A DNA stretch of 64,000 bases from Utricularia gibba (Eukaryota > Plantae > Magnoliophyta). The DNA lies in the NCBI GenBank assembly GCA_002189035.1, contig CM007989.1, positions 4,836,001 to 4,900,000 on the forward strand, in the 5' to 3' direction. The notes under the pieces were generated by a model, which did not search any database, had not been told where the DNA came from, and saw nothing but the letters and a program-made list of their open reading frames with translations. Below are positions 12,086 through 25,919 of this stretch, piece after piece (the first letter of the stretch is position 1; every line of letters starts with the position of its first letter). The position numbers and the translations under genes are program-made.

Positions 12086-13169
12086 ATCTAATATTAGTTA
12101 TTCCTACATTATGTATTCCTTATTAATCATCTTATAATATAGAGTGTTTTTTGCATTAGACCTATCTTGTATACTCTTATTAAGTTTATTCATACTTTAT
12201 ATCAAAAAACCTTGAATCTAAACTATTGAAGAATTATCCTTTGAAGTTTGCATAAGAAATTCCTTGTATAGATGAATATTTTTTATGGCTAATGAGTTGT
12301 AGATATCACACATGTGAGATTCTTAAATTGATGTAATCTTTCATACCTATGTCCGTTTTTGGAAGCCTTCTTTTATATGCTAATCGTACCGTGATTTTAT
12401 AAGCTAGTGAAAAAAACTGAGTAATTAATTGCCCTAACTTAGAACTTGACCTTCGCTTTGAATACAAGTATAATAGTTAATAACAATTTATTTGCATCAT
12501 GCAATGCGGAAATTTCGTGTGAATTAATGGAATCTTTTCACATGGGGTTCACATTTATTTGGAGAAATTCAATCAGTGAGCAGTCTTATGCATTTTAACA
12601 TCAACTTTAGAAAATGCTTGCTACCTTAAGACTTTAAATGTAAAAAAAATGTGACATTTATTCACGTTTTTTTATGGCACTTGTACATAAAGAAAAGAAA
12701 ATGTATACCATACCACATCATTGCTCTTATGGTTCATTGTAGATCACATACATTATTGAAGTGTAAAATAAATGAGCCACATCTAGTATGTTGAAATAAA
12801 TATACACTCCAAAAAAATTAAAAAAAAAATACAAGATGCACATTATTAAGTGCAATTTAATGCTAATAGAATTTACCTTGCACATGTCTCTATTTTTGGA
12901 TGCGTATGTGATGTTAAAAGAGCAATCTCTTGTGATGTCAATATTGAAATATATATCAATTGGTGGTAGACATAACAAAGAAAGTAATGTTAGTGACGTA
13001 CATATAGTTTGGGACATGAGTTTTGCTTAAATGTATCAATGAGTAACTAACAGGGAATATTGATCCAAATTTATGACAATCATGCTATACTAACTATGGC
13101 TAAGTTTAGGTGATTTCATATTTAAGCCAGATATATTTACTCCATGATCCATCATGTCATTTATATAAT

Positions 13170-14548
13170 TGATAACACACATTTCACTAGTGTTTTTAAG
13201 TTATAAAATTGATATGTTTAATGATAGAATTAGGAATTTTAATTATGATTTTAATATTTTGTTAACTGTAGTGTTATTTGTATTTTTATGCATAATATAC
13301 ATGATTTAATCTATATTATGATTTCTAATATTCTTCTAAGTGTTAGCAGCAACATTGTGGATCACATTTTGCAAGTTTATGAGCACAATTCGAAGGGGCA
13401 CAAGACACAAGGAGAAGACATGATTAATATTCAGCCGTCTACAATCTGCAGGTTCAAGCAGGAATAGTATAGATGTCAGGAACAATGGACTGACTTTGGA
13501 AAATAAAAAAAGAGATGTGAAGATATTTTTGAAGAGGGGAGAAGGAGGAGAACACTATCAGACACCAAGAGGGGGGGGGGGAGGAGGGGAGGAAGAATAT
13601 AGAGGAAGGAAGACAAAGACGATTTCTCTAGAAGGAAGACCAAAGACTTGAAGAATAACATCAAAGACTCAATTCAACACTACTGTTCCAGGCAGTGAAT
13701 AGTAGTAGATTGCGAACAAAACACTCAAGTTTATCTTTAGTTTGATGGATATTTCGTTACTTTGATTGTTGTTTTACAATGTCTTTGTTATTCTCTTCAG
13801 TTTATGTTAATGATATCATACTTTATCTTTCATATATGAGTAGCTAAAACATTAGAGATGTCTTAAGGTAAAGTATGGTGGCGTGGATCTAGAATTAATA
13901 ATGAAATTTTTGTTCGTTTTTTAGTTCTTGTTTCTGTGATTCCATGGGTAGACCTAAGAAGGGAAAAAAGTAACTTTGCAACTAAGATGCTTGATTTAGA
14001 GGTAGACCAACAAGCCAAGACGAGAGCATTAGATATTAGTCCAGAGTAGAACCAATAGAACCGGATAGACTTAGTGCTATATACTTTGTATGCGAATAGA
14101 CCTAATTGCAATATTGGTAATGATATTGAGGACTACCTTAACTGAAATATGATGAATGACATGAATAGACTTAGGTTGTTTAAAGTTGTAAGCATAGAAA
14201 CATAAAGAATTAAATTAGGCATCTTAGCACCACACTACCTAAAGACCCTTAAGGCATCTTCGCATTAGTCTATGTTAAATCTAGTAATTGTTACTTTCAG
14301 CGTTGAGACCTAATTTTTTTTATTGAACTTGCTTACCTCGTTTAGTTCGAGCTTGGACTAAGACCACTATTATTCCGAATTTTACATCTGCAAAAACACT
14401 TTGCAAGCACAAGCTCCTTGTGATCGACCCCGAAATCCAATATATAAGTTTTCTAAATTTGTATTTTGTATAGATTAATACTTATAAATTTATTTGATAC
14501 GAAAATTTTATTTTATTGTAATGACATTGCTAAAATTTTTATTTATCA
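13170..14548 (+). mobile_element. Solo LTR, family B
   Basis: Starts TGATAACACAC and ends TTTATCA. Perfect TSD ATAAT on both sides. Confidence 0.88.
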
Positions 14549-16690
14549 ATAATTTATTCATTGAAGTTCCCATGAAAATACACACATATTTTCTAAGAAA
14601 AATGTAGTCATTATGCATATGGAAAGAGAGTATTAAAAGAAGAATTATCTTGTTAAATATTTGGGCTAAAGGCAAGAAATGAAGAAATTTATATCAAGAA
14701 CAATGTCGCATTTATAAAGTTATATGAGAATTGCGGATTTTCATTCATGTTTGTGCATTGTTTCAAATGGAAAAGTATTCAATAGTCGCTCAAAGAAATC
14801 ATTTCATCATATCAACAAAGGTGAAAATCAAAATCATATCAAGTTTAGTAGATTCATATAGAGATGTAAAAAAAGTTTCGAATGCAATTACAACGGAAGA
14901 AAAAGTGGTTAATTTATCGAGAAAATTTTTGAAGTCATTAAATATTGAACCAACTAATGGATAAAAATATTTTTATTATACATATCACTTTATTAGATTG
15001 ATTCTTTATATAGTATGATACTCGTTGGAGGATAATGGTTGTCGCAACATATGACGCATAATTGTTATGAAATTTATAATTCCAATTCAAATAGATAAAT
15101 AAATGATATTTCGTCGAATGTCATGCAAGTATTTAATACATTACATTTTATCACTCTAATTATATCCTTAGTAATGATATTCATTTTTTCTTTGTAATTT
15201 ATCTAAGGCCAAACTTCTTCAGGTTTTTAGATCGATGTACGAAAATGATTGATGTTAAATTTTGGTTCTCTTTGATTGTTTTACATTAGATTTACATATA
15301 AATAACCAACGTTATTCTTGTAGATCATAAATAACCATCTTTATGCATAAACAGAAGCTTTAGCAACATTAAATTTAAAAACTTTCTGTGAATTTGGAAC
15401 AATAATAGAACATTCAAGAATCACTCCAAAATTGAATAATGAACATATTCTTTTATACAAAGAACTTATCTATATTGACATCTTTTCACCTTATTCATTA
15501 GGTAAATAATGGAATATTTTTCTTTTCTTAAAAGATGATGCCAAAGGATGCATTATAGAGTTATGTGTACGTTATATTATTTTGAAAATTTATGTGAAAT
15601 GGATTGCATGCCACTTACATTGAAATATTTCAATGTATACAATCTCAATTCAAGGTCATGAACATTGAAGGTCCAAGAATTAATGAAAATAAATATATGT
15701 AATTCTGTTGTATTAGGAAAATTTAATTATGTGAACTTATCATTAATTATATTAAGAAAATATAATAATTGAAATATGTAATTTTGATGAATAATATGAA
15801 AAAATTAAAATATTTTTACATTTTTTCTTTTGAAAAAGGTTAAAAATTAAAAAATTACTTTCAGAAAACCAGAGTTTTTTAATAGGAAATTTTATAAACT
15901 TTCTGAAAGGATATATGTTTTTTTTCTGAAGAATTTATTTTTTAGATACATTTATACGTTATATACAGTATATGAAAGTTATATTATTGAACTTTTATAT
16001 TTTTCAAATAATTTTATAAAATATTTTTAACTATATATCATGTTTTCAAAATAGTCAGCGAATATTTTTGAAAAAAAAGATTTTTGTAATACAATAGATA
16101 AATTATCAAACAAAGAATTCGATTTGATTTTCAAATTGGGTTTTCAATGGAATGGATATTTCATGGATTTTATTTCGAAATCTGATTTGGAAACACAGTT
16201 CTAACATATTGACCCTGCATTTAGGGTGATTGATTGAACATTTTTCCGAAATAAATTGCTTTGTGTCATTAACAAGTTTTTTATTCTTTAATGCAAATAA
16301 ACTTAAACATGTAATATTTTTATCAACTTAAAAAGTATGCTTGTAAGAAACCCAGATATTAGTTATCGTGTTTTTAAAATGATGAATAATAATAACTATC
16401 TATTTGCCTGTTTTCATTGTGATGAGCCTGGGCGCGCTCTTCTACTTGGTGTAGTTACTCAACTGCACACGAGGTATTTATTAAACGCTCCAACGTTGGT
16501 GGAGATTTTCGGCGTACGACTTCGTTAGGAAAGCGTAATCCTCGGAAGGGAGGAGGATTTGTGTCCATAATTCTTACAAATTTTCCCATAAACATATTAT
16601 TTTCCGGAAGTTAATTGCAGTAAATTTGGTCAAAAAGGCAATTGACACTCCTTTTTTTGAAAAAACGAATGTTGCTGCGATTTCGTCAAC

Positions 16691-16698
16691 TATTTATA
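16691..16698 (+). promoter_or_regulatory. Candidate TATA box of the polygalacturonase gene
   Basis: TATTTATA about 60 bp upstream of the ATG at 16756. Confidence 0.35.
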
Positions 16699-16755
16699 CA
16701 GGATGCCCCCGTCGCTCTCGGAAACCCAAATAAATTCCTATCTCGACCGCGCGTC

Positions 16756-18501
16756 ATGAAGCATCATCTCTCCCTTGCAGCGGCGTTGGGGTTTCTCTAC
16801 ATTGTCGCCGCCGCAGCCGCGCTGCCCGACGATGAGAAACTCAATTACCAGGCGATCGCCTCCTGCAGGAAACACGCGGCGGTTATCACCGAGTTCGGCG
16901 GGAAAGGCGACGGGAAGACCGTCAACACTGAGGCGTTCGTCGCAGCAATCAAGCACCTGGGCGGGGTCGCCGCGGACGGCGGCGCTATCCTCATCGTCCC
17001 TCCCGGAACATGGCTCACTGGATCTTTCAGTCTCATCAGCCATTTCACTCTTTACATCCACAAGGACGCTGTTCTTCTGGGATCCGAGGTTGGTATCCTC
17101 GGATGGGCAAGTATTTCGACTACAGATATCCGATAACTCTCCATTTGATTTTTTTTGGTAGGACGAGTCCGCGTATCCGTTGCTCGATCCTCTTCCGTCC
17201 TACGGAGTAGGCCGAGACGGTGGGAAGAGATACGCGAGTCTCATCTGGGGGACGAATCTGACTGACGTCTCCATTACAGGTACCCCAAACTACATGATTA
17301 CGCCGTAATTAGTTTTTTCTTATAATTTTTGTAATTGTGATTGGGCAGGGGGCAACGGGGTGATCGACGGCCAGGGCGCCATCTGGTGGAAAAAAATCAA
17401 GAACAAGGAGCTGGAGAACACGAGACCTTATCTGATTGAATTGCTGCACTCCAACAACGTGCAGATTTCCAATTTAACCCTGGTTAACTCCCCTTCATGG
17501 CATGTTCACCCCACTTACTGCAGGTAAAATTTTTTTGACGTTCTTTCGATCCTGATCTGTTCCTGAGGGCTGAGGGTTGGATGCGAATGCAGTGACGTCA
17601 TCATCGAGCACATTACAGTGATTGCTCCCGTAGACTCTCCCAACACCGACGGCATCAATCCAGGTAAAAGATAATAAACTTACTCCACCCCTTTATTTTG
17701 ATCCTTTATTTTAATGAGGTCGTTGGGTTTTTCTGTGTGTCAGATTCTTGCAACAACACGAGGATTTGGGACAGTTCTGTGGTGTCTGGGGACGACTGCA
17801 TAGCGGTGAAGAGCGGGTGGGATGAGTACGGAATCGCGTACGGCATACCGACGGAGCACCTGAGCATTAAGCGCTTCCACTGCAAGTCTCCAGACAGCGC
17901 AGTCATCGCCCTCGGGAGCGAAATGTCGGGGGGCATACGCGACGTTCGTGCAGAGGACATCTTCGCCGTGGACTCCCAATCGGGAGTGCGGATCAAGACG
18001 GCACCCGGCCGCGGCGGGTACGTGGAAGATATTTTCGTCAGAAACTTCCAGATGTACTCGATGAAGTACATGTTTTGGATGACCGGCGCGTACGGTTCGC
18101 ACCCCGATGGTCACTGGGACCCGAAAGCGATCCCCGTCGTGAAGAACATCAATTATATGAACATGCTGGGAACCAACGTCACAATGCCGGGGCAACTCGC
18201 CGGAATTGATGATAGTCCTTTCACCGGAATCTGCATTCAGAATGTGACCGCGGGGTTGGCCAAGGGGACGCTTGATTCGCAGTCGTCGTGGTGGTCCTGG
18301 GAGCAGTTCAATTTGCTGAAGAAGAAAGATTTGCCGGCCTGGAATTGCACGGACATAGAAGGAGTATCGAATAACGTTGTGCCCAAGACGTGCGCTTTGC
18401 TGCCGCAGAAGAACGTGGACTGCAGTTTCCCGGCGGATGTATTGCCCATTGATCAAGTAGAGCTTAAAAGCTGCGCCGTACGATTGTACCGTGGGCATTA
18501 A
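16756..18501 (+). CDS. Polygalacturonase (GH28, GSEMSGG-type clade), 5 exons: 16756-17088, 17162-17279, 17349-17523, 17593-17663, 17744-18501; 484 aa
   Basis: GT-AG introns with consistent phases. Hydrophobic N-terminal signal-like segment. Motifs SPNTDG, SGDDCIAVKSGWD, GSEMSGG and RIKT. Confidence 0.95.
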
Positions 18502-20046
18502 TCCAGTTTATTTACAAAGTGGATACTGTGTGTTTTTATTATAAAAACGTCAATCTTTTTTTTTTCGTAAAAAACCAAAATTTTATTTTATAAAATGATA
18601 TACGGTATTTTTTTAAGAAAATTATATTGACGCCATATCACAACAATTTCATGTTAATGTCAATTTAATTTTTAAAATGGTTAAATGTTAAAATTTCATA
18701 AATCACATTTTCTTTTAAATTCTTCAGCCATTAATTAACAAATTTGAAATCCAGAATTTTTCATCAAATTTCTGTAAAATGTTTTTATAGAAAAAGTATA
18801 ACAATGTATTTTGAAATAACATTAAATGTGTTTTCAGATAATTGTAATACTTTACAATTTCATATTATGACATTGTAAAAACTAGTTAAATTTTTATTTT
18901 AAATTTTTGGCACTTTTCAATTCTATTAATATGTAAAGACTTTTAGAGTATGTTCTAATATTATTCTCATTTTTCATTTCCCTTATCCTTAGAATGAGAA
19001 TAGTAATAATTTCATTTTCCTTGTCATTTTAAGAAGTAAAATACACAATATAACATGTTATGTTTGAAAAAGAAAAAGGTAAATTTAATAACAATATAAA
19101 TAATATATTTAGGCTAATAACGCAATGTATTTTTCAAGAATGTCGCTTAATTTATTTTGCAACCACATTCAGATAAAGGCCAAATTAAGTAATGTTGTTT
19201 TATTGACAACGGGCTCATCGGCCACTTGAATTCCAATCGGAGGCTATTGATAGAGACCTACCTTGCTTATAGAATGCATGAAGGTTGATATTTATGATTA
19301 GTTTATTTGTATTTATTTCCATGTAATGCGAATTCTGAATTATATTTAAAAATTGAAAGTCTTCAGTCCTTGTTATCATAAATTTCACTCAACATTAAAT
19401 TTCAATAAAAACTGGTTAAAAGTAAAAGGAAACAGGAAAGCTATGATAGATACATAACCAACAACAAATGCACAATGTTGATTTACAAAAACATAAATAT
19501 ATTTGTATGAAATTTCAATGAAATTTTTTATGTTTTCATTTAATTTGTATGAATCTCGGCATCGTGTTTTGCCACAAGGACGGTGCTTCATGCTTGAGAG
19601 CCAATAATACTAAATTAAGATAATGAGGTTATTTTGTTTTATGTGATCAATGAAGCTAATAAATGTAAATAGGCCCCTTGACGTTCATTACATCATGCAC
19701 ATCATTCTCATTTTGAAAGTATTATAAAAAAACATAAAAAAGCTAATAAAAACATAAACACATCTAATGGACATTTTACTTGATTGGTGAATCGTTTTTG
19801 AAGGAAGTGTCAATGCTAAAGAAGTCCGAAAACAATTCATGATAAACTGATTTTGATGAACAAATATAGAGCAATATGTCATACAAGATCTTCCTCAACA
19901 GCTAATTGTCATCAGCTAGGATTATATTTTTTATTTAATCTCATCATTTTCTAGTCCAACTCTTGATTCTGATCACAAAAGTCTTGAAACCACAGGGATC
20001 AAGCCACTTATTTTTTACTTGTTTCGTTATATATTCAGTTCATGAT

Positions 20047-21223
20047 TGATAAACGAAACATTTTATGCAATATCGTTAATTTACAAATTTTCCTCTCAAA
20101 TAAAATTTATAAACCTAATTCACATCAAATCATATGAAAAATATGTGCATAGTGGACTAGAGTCGAACACAATGAGTTAAGTGCTTGCTATGTGAAAGTT
20201 AATGCATGCAATAAGTGTCACATTGATAAATTTGGTTTAACCAGGACTAAGGCAGAGTTGCGATAAAATACAGTAAAGAACAGTAATAAACTTTTGAACT
20301 CGATTATTCTTGAAATGAAATAAATGATGCCTTATGACTTTTAGGGGATGTATGTTTATCACTAAACAAGCTCACAAAAACCATAAATCAAATAACTAAT
20401 AAACAAAGTCTAGGTCTACCCAGCTTTTGTTTTTCTCCTAATCTTTGGTCTACCTTTAATTAGGGTTGTTAAGATGTATTTCACTACTCCCTCCTGGATC
20501 TATCCTACTTTGTTAAGGAAGTGATGTGATCTATGGTTAATAAGGTCAAATAATTGACTAGCACATTATACCTCTTTGGTACCAAGACACCTCTCTAAAC
20601 ACTTAGCTACTCATAACAAGGGAAAGGAAAACGTTTTCATACCATATCTTAAGCAATATTCTGATCTCAAAGTTAAACAACAATAACATGCATTGCATAA
20701 TAGAAATAGAAGATACAAATGGTTAACGCAGTAAAACTAAAGTTAGTCTTAGCTAAGAACAGTTCATCAATAATGGAAAAAAATCTTCAAAAGAGAAATT
20801 TGTTCTTCTCTTTGTCTTCCCCCTCCTTCCTCCAGAAAAATTCTTTAGAAAGCAGTGTCATGTGTCTCCAATGGGAGGGATCTTTTTGTCTCTCCATCTT
20901 GTCCTCTTTTTGTCCAAAATCCTCCTTTTTCCATCTCCTTAGATTTTGTGTTCTTCTTTTCATACTTTTGACTTATCTTCTATCACCACACTGTTCATAT
21001 CTAGTTCCTTGGGATATGTGTTGCCGACATTTGCTGTATTGTTCAAAGAAAACTATTAGAAGTAAGATTGAGACTAAATCGTACATTTAATCCCAACTAA
21101 GACTAAAATAACACAACTACGATACTATACGTAAAAATATAGAACTAAGTAGTTAAACTAAATTTTTGTAGTACAGTATGAGTCATTTCACTGTATTCAA
21201 TCACTCAAAAATATGTGTTATCA
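20047..21223 (-). mobile_element. Solo LTR, family B, reverse orientation
   Basis: Reverse complement starts TGATAACACA and ends CGTTTATCA. Perfect TSD ATGAT at 20042-20046 and 21224-21228. Confidence 0.85.
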
Positions 21224-24141
21224 ATGATATTTGATTCAATTTATCTAAAAAAGTCAACCGGTTTTATCAAAAGCTGTTGTGGGTTTGCTTCCAGCGACAT
21301 CTTCTACACATGTATCTAAAAATATTGGAAGCCATCTGGATATCTTTTCTCATTGTGCATTACCCTTGAATCTAACTGTTGCTCTGTTTAATTGCTTTTC
21401 TTTATTCATTAAAAGAATATAACTAAAATAAACTCAAATAATAGAATTGTGTAGAAATCAGAATGTTAGATACAACTAGTAGAAAAATTTGGAGTAAATT
21501 TATCATAATAATTCTCATGCATAAAACAAATACTAGATGTAGAAAACAAAAATCTTAACATCTATTTAATATATCAAAATCGTATGAGAAGATAAGCAAT
21601 TTTCGAACAACTTACAATTAACATAATCCATCTTATCCCATTCTTAATCTTGACCAAAGGAAAGTAAGAACAAAGAAAAAAATAGCATCAACCTAAAAAT
21701 ACCCAATATTGACGAGAACATGATTTGAATTTCTTGTGATAGGGCTTTGATATTCTTTAATGAATTGAGAACATTGTGAATAGAAAGATAAATTCATCTA
21801 CTTTTTTAAGGAAGAAATTAAATAAAAAGATAAAAATCAGTATCCATCTCATTTCATTTATTGTTTGAGAATACTTCTATTCTTGTAGTTGTTGAAGTAG
21901 AAGTTAATAAAGGTGTGTAGAACATCTTATTACAAATGAGTTAAATGTTTTTTTTAATAGTGGTATCTCTTGAATTTTTTTTATTTTTAGTGTACTTTAT
22001 AAATTTTATAAATGAATAAACTAATTTAAATATACCTAGATATCTATAAATTATTAAACTAATTCGCTGGGTAAAATATACAATTTCAATATTTGTCTAA
22101 TTATATTGACTAAAGAGACAATGCATTGAAGATAGCGAACGTACTTAATATTGCTATATGTTGTTATATAATATGACTGGAACATCGATATATTTATGTA
22201 ATTGATTTGTAACAAACCATATTATTATTTGTTTATAAATGATAAAAATGTTAGATGTAAAAAAAGATATGATATAATAGAGTTAATTATCATATTGATT
22301 TTCATTTGTAATAAGTCATTATAAATCAATCTCTCAAATGAATAATTCATCAACTCCTCATTTTCACTCACTTCTAGTCCTTTTTTGTTATAGTCAATGT
22401 CATATTGTGTATTCTATTGAACAAATGACTATTTTTTTTTCTATTTTGTCAAATTATATTTTATAAATATTATTTGTAAAACATATATAAATGAATAAAT
22501 GTTTTTTTATTTCAAGTGTACCTAAACGTAATGTTACTTACATTACATATCCAAACTTTTATATTACTTCAAATATTTTTAAACATTCATTTTCCTAAAT
22601 AAAATATGATCTTAACAATTTTTTTGACCATTTATTGCAAGTATGTGCATAAAAAAATAGTTAAAAATAGAATGATTACAAAGTTTAATATTTCATCATA
22701 TATATTATTCTATGTCATTTCTTTAACAAATTTATATATATATTCTATTTTGTGTTACCATTCTTGAAAAATAAAAAGTTAAAAAGATCATTGTATACAA
22801 TAAAATTATCATATCAAATAAAATCATAATCTCAATTCACTCAAAAAAAGTATTCAAATGAAAATGTTTAATTAATAGAAGTTGGAGATGAATAAACTCT
22901 ACTTCTAATGTTTTAGTAAGATGCAAAAAATCACAAATATCCAATATATCAAATCTTATTTAATATTATCAATAATCTATTGAATCAATAAGTAAAGTTA
23001 AGTAAAAAGCTAAAAGATAAAAAATATTAATTTGATACCAGCATAAAAGTAATTCAAGTGGAATTGATTGACCTCTTATTCTTCTTTAAAATCCATATGT
23101 TATGGGTAAAATCGGTATCAGAGGCGAGATCGATTTTAGGGTGATAGATGAGGTCGAGGATATCGCGCTCAATTACATTTTTCACAGTTGTTTCGGCCTG
23201 ATTGATTGAAACAAGAGTGGGCGAAGATTTTTACGTGGAAACCGCCGGACGACGGAAAAACCACGGAGCTATTGAAGCTCGCCGAAGAATATTTCCACTA
23301 GGAGGTGATCAAGAAGATGATACAAGCCCCAGAGTTTTTAGCATCCAACCCCATTTCCATTATGGTTCCTTCTATTTATAGAAGAGCTCGTTCTGGCCGA
23401 ATCCTGACGTCTACCAATATCGGTTGCTTTCTCCCCCTGCTATACAATCTCGTTTTTCAGATATCGGCCACCTGTTATGCCGTAATTCGACCGCTTTTCA
23501 GACTATGCCATATGGCCATATCTGTCAGATTTCTGATAGATATCGGTCTGTCGTCTGGCATTCTCCCTTCAAGATCTCTTTCGGCAGCCTTTGAGGAGCC
23601 GATTACACTCTATTGATTTATCCCCCATCATTCAGCCCCTCTGATTTGCCAATATTGGCTCTTTCGGGACGAGTCGAAGAATCAGAATCACTACAATGCC
23701 AATTTCTGAGGTGCCGCTTTCCACGAATGAGCTGCAGACTGCTTTGGCCCGACACCTCCGTCACGTGTCAGCTCATCAACATGCCACGTTTTTTCCCGCT
23801 CATTTTGGGTACCTCAAACGTCACGTCGCTTTGTCTCTTGAATATCTCTGTTATAAATATGCGCAGCTCCTGTCTTTTCTCTCCTTTGCTTTCTTTGTTC
23901 CCTCACGAGATTCCAGCGTTCTTCGAACTCCGCCATGCTCGCCGCCGTGTTACCCACCGGAGACTACACATTTTCCAGGTATCCACGCCCTCTCTGCAAC
24001 TTTTTGCATTTCTGAGTCTGCCTACCTTTCCGTTAGGTCTTCGAATCTTCTTTCGCCCCATTCTCACTTTTTCTTAGGGTTTCCACTCTTTTCTTCCAAA
24101 TCCCTTGAAAAAACTTTCCTTTTTTTATTCCTAAAAACGAT

Positions 24142-25900
24142 ATGGGTAGGAAATCTAGTGAGTTGAATATACCTGCTATTCGGTCCAAGTATTCGATTCC
24201 TGAGGAATACGTCATTTCCCAGGCGAGGGATAGCCAAATCCCTTGGGGGTCTGGGGAAGGACCCCTCTCCCGTTTCAACCTTCCAATCCCCCTCGCCTAC
24301 TTAGAAAGCGGCCCCCGCTTTCCTCTCCATCCTCTACTTGTTCAATTTCTCAACATGTTTTCGATTACGCTCTATTGCCTCGCCCCCTAATTCGATTTTC
24401 TGCTTCACAATATTTCTCTTCTATTCGGCTGGCATGGACCCGAACATGATGCTAGTTGATTTCTTCCAACTTTTCAAGTTCGCTGTTCGCAAGGCGAAAC
24501 GCCTGATGCATGGCTTCTCCCACTTCCAATTTCGTCGGTTTGAAGACCACCCCGACTTCATTTTAAAAGCTCCCGATACTCACCACGACTGGTGGTCTTC
24601 TTTCATCTGGGTCGCTCCCCCATTGGGGGCTAGATGGAATTTTCCAGTTAAACCCCCAACCCCTTTCAAAGTAAAACTCTTTGGTCGTTTCCGCCCCTCT
24701 GACAAGTCTCGTAGGGAGGTATATCATAGACTGGGTGACTGTTCGATTAGGTTCGAGTCTCGGGCCTCAATGCTCTCGCGTGATTCCTTACTGGCCTGCA
24801 GGATCCTTGGTCGTAATCGGGATGGGTAGTGGCCTGACTTCGTTATTCCTCCAGGTTCTGAATTAGAATACCATCACCTCCTACAATCTCCACCTCGTAT
24901 CCCTCCTGAGTCGGCAATGCCTCCCGCTTCTGATCCAATAGCCCCCACTCCCTCTGATTCGGTTCCCGAATCCTCCGTTCGACCCTGCTTCTCCGGTTTT
25001 TGTATGCAGCGGAAGAGATGGCACAAAGGAACGCCCTGGAGGATTCAGTGATGGCACGTTTTTCAGCCGAGATGCGTCGAATGCAAGAATTGGATGCGGT
25101 TCCTTCTGCGCAGGTTTGTCTGATTTCTGGTGGCCCGTTGCTAAGAGTATCTGACTCTAACCTTTTGACATTCCTCCCAGGCAGATTCTCCCTCAGCTCA
25201 CTCAGATGCTGCCGGTCATCTTCCGAGGATCAAGTAGTTGAGGTTTCCGGGACTTGGGAATCAACTCCTCCTCCGTCGGTAAAAGGAAAAGAAAGGCTCC
25301 CGCCTTCACCGATGCCCACCGACAGTCCCGTTCTCGGCATTGGATTTATTTCGGTCGGTGCATCCACATCGGTTCCTCTGAGTAATGCAGGGGGTTTCTA
25401 CTCCTCCCATTGAGGTAAGGGAGGATCCCGCTCTTCCCCCTCTTCATTCCCCTTGGAGCTGCGAAGGGCCTTAGAAGAGGCTACTCCCAATCCTTCGGGA
25501 GTTCAGTCGGAAATTATACTTAAAGGAATTTGACATGTATTCTCGCTCTTTTTTGGGATCATATATATCCGGTTCCTAACTTACCGATTGTATCTTAGGC
25601 TTTGACCTTCAGATGGGGGATGGCCAAGGAAATGGGATCCCATTCGGAGGAAGTCTCAGCTTCAAGCTCAAATCGCGGCTCAAGATGCCAAGATAAAGTT
25701 AATGGGGGAAGAAAGGAGTGTATTGAGAAGTATTGACGACGCCAACTCCGTGAAAGAGAGTTTTAAAGTGCAACACGAGGTAGCGGAGGCAGAGTTGAAA
25801 CAAGCCAAGGATTGCGCTTCGGTCTTGGAGGCGGAGCTGCTCAACATGGAGGCATCTCGCAGGAGACTTTTGGGGGAACAGCCCCATAACATCCACTCCC
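24142..25900 (+). pseudogene. Antisense additional ORF of the Tat element: TRP28 domain, Pro/Ser linker and coiled coil (spliced, frameshifted)
   Basis: GPRFPLHPLLVQFL / PNSIFCF...HHDWWSSFIWVAPP in ORFs 24142-24390 and 24338-24829. Coiled-coil EAELKQAKDCASVLEAELLNMEASRR in 25702-25920. Orientation is opposite to gag-pol. Confidence 0.8.
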
Positions 25901-25919
25901 CATCGATCGAATGGGCATG

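Noticed and set aside
10841-14548. Two same-orientation family B LTRs about 1.1 kb apart, resembling a TRIM/LARD element
   Set aside because: Each LTR has its own TSD ((G/A)TCTA and ATAAT), their 5' halves differ, and no PBS or PPT was seen between them. They are two independent solo LTRs.
12090-16500. Short AT-rich ORFs between and after the solo LTRs, possibly transposase debris
   Set aside because: No motif could be recognised with confidence.
17740-18498. 252-aa and other antisense/overlapping ORFs over the polygalacturonase gene
   Set aside because: Shadow ORFs expected from GC-rich codon usage, with no recognisable motifs.
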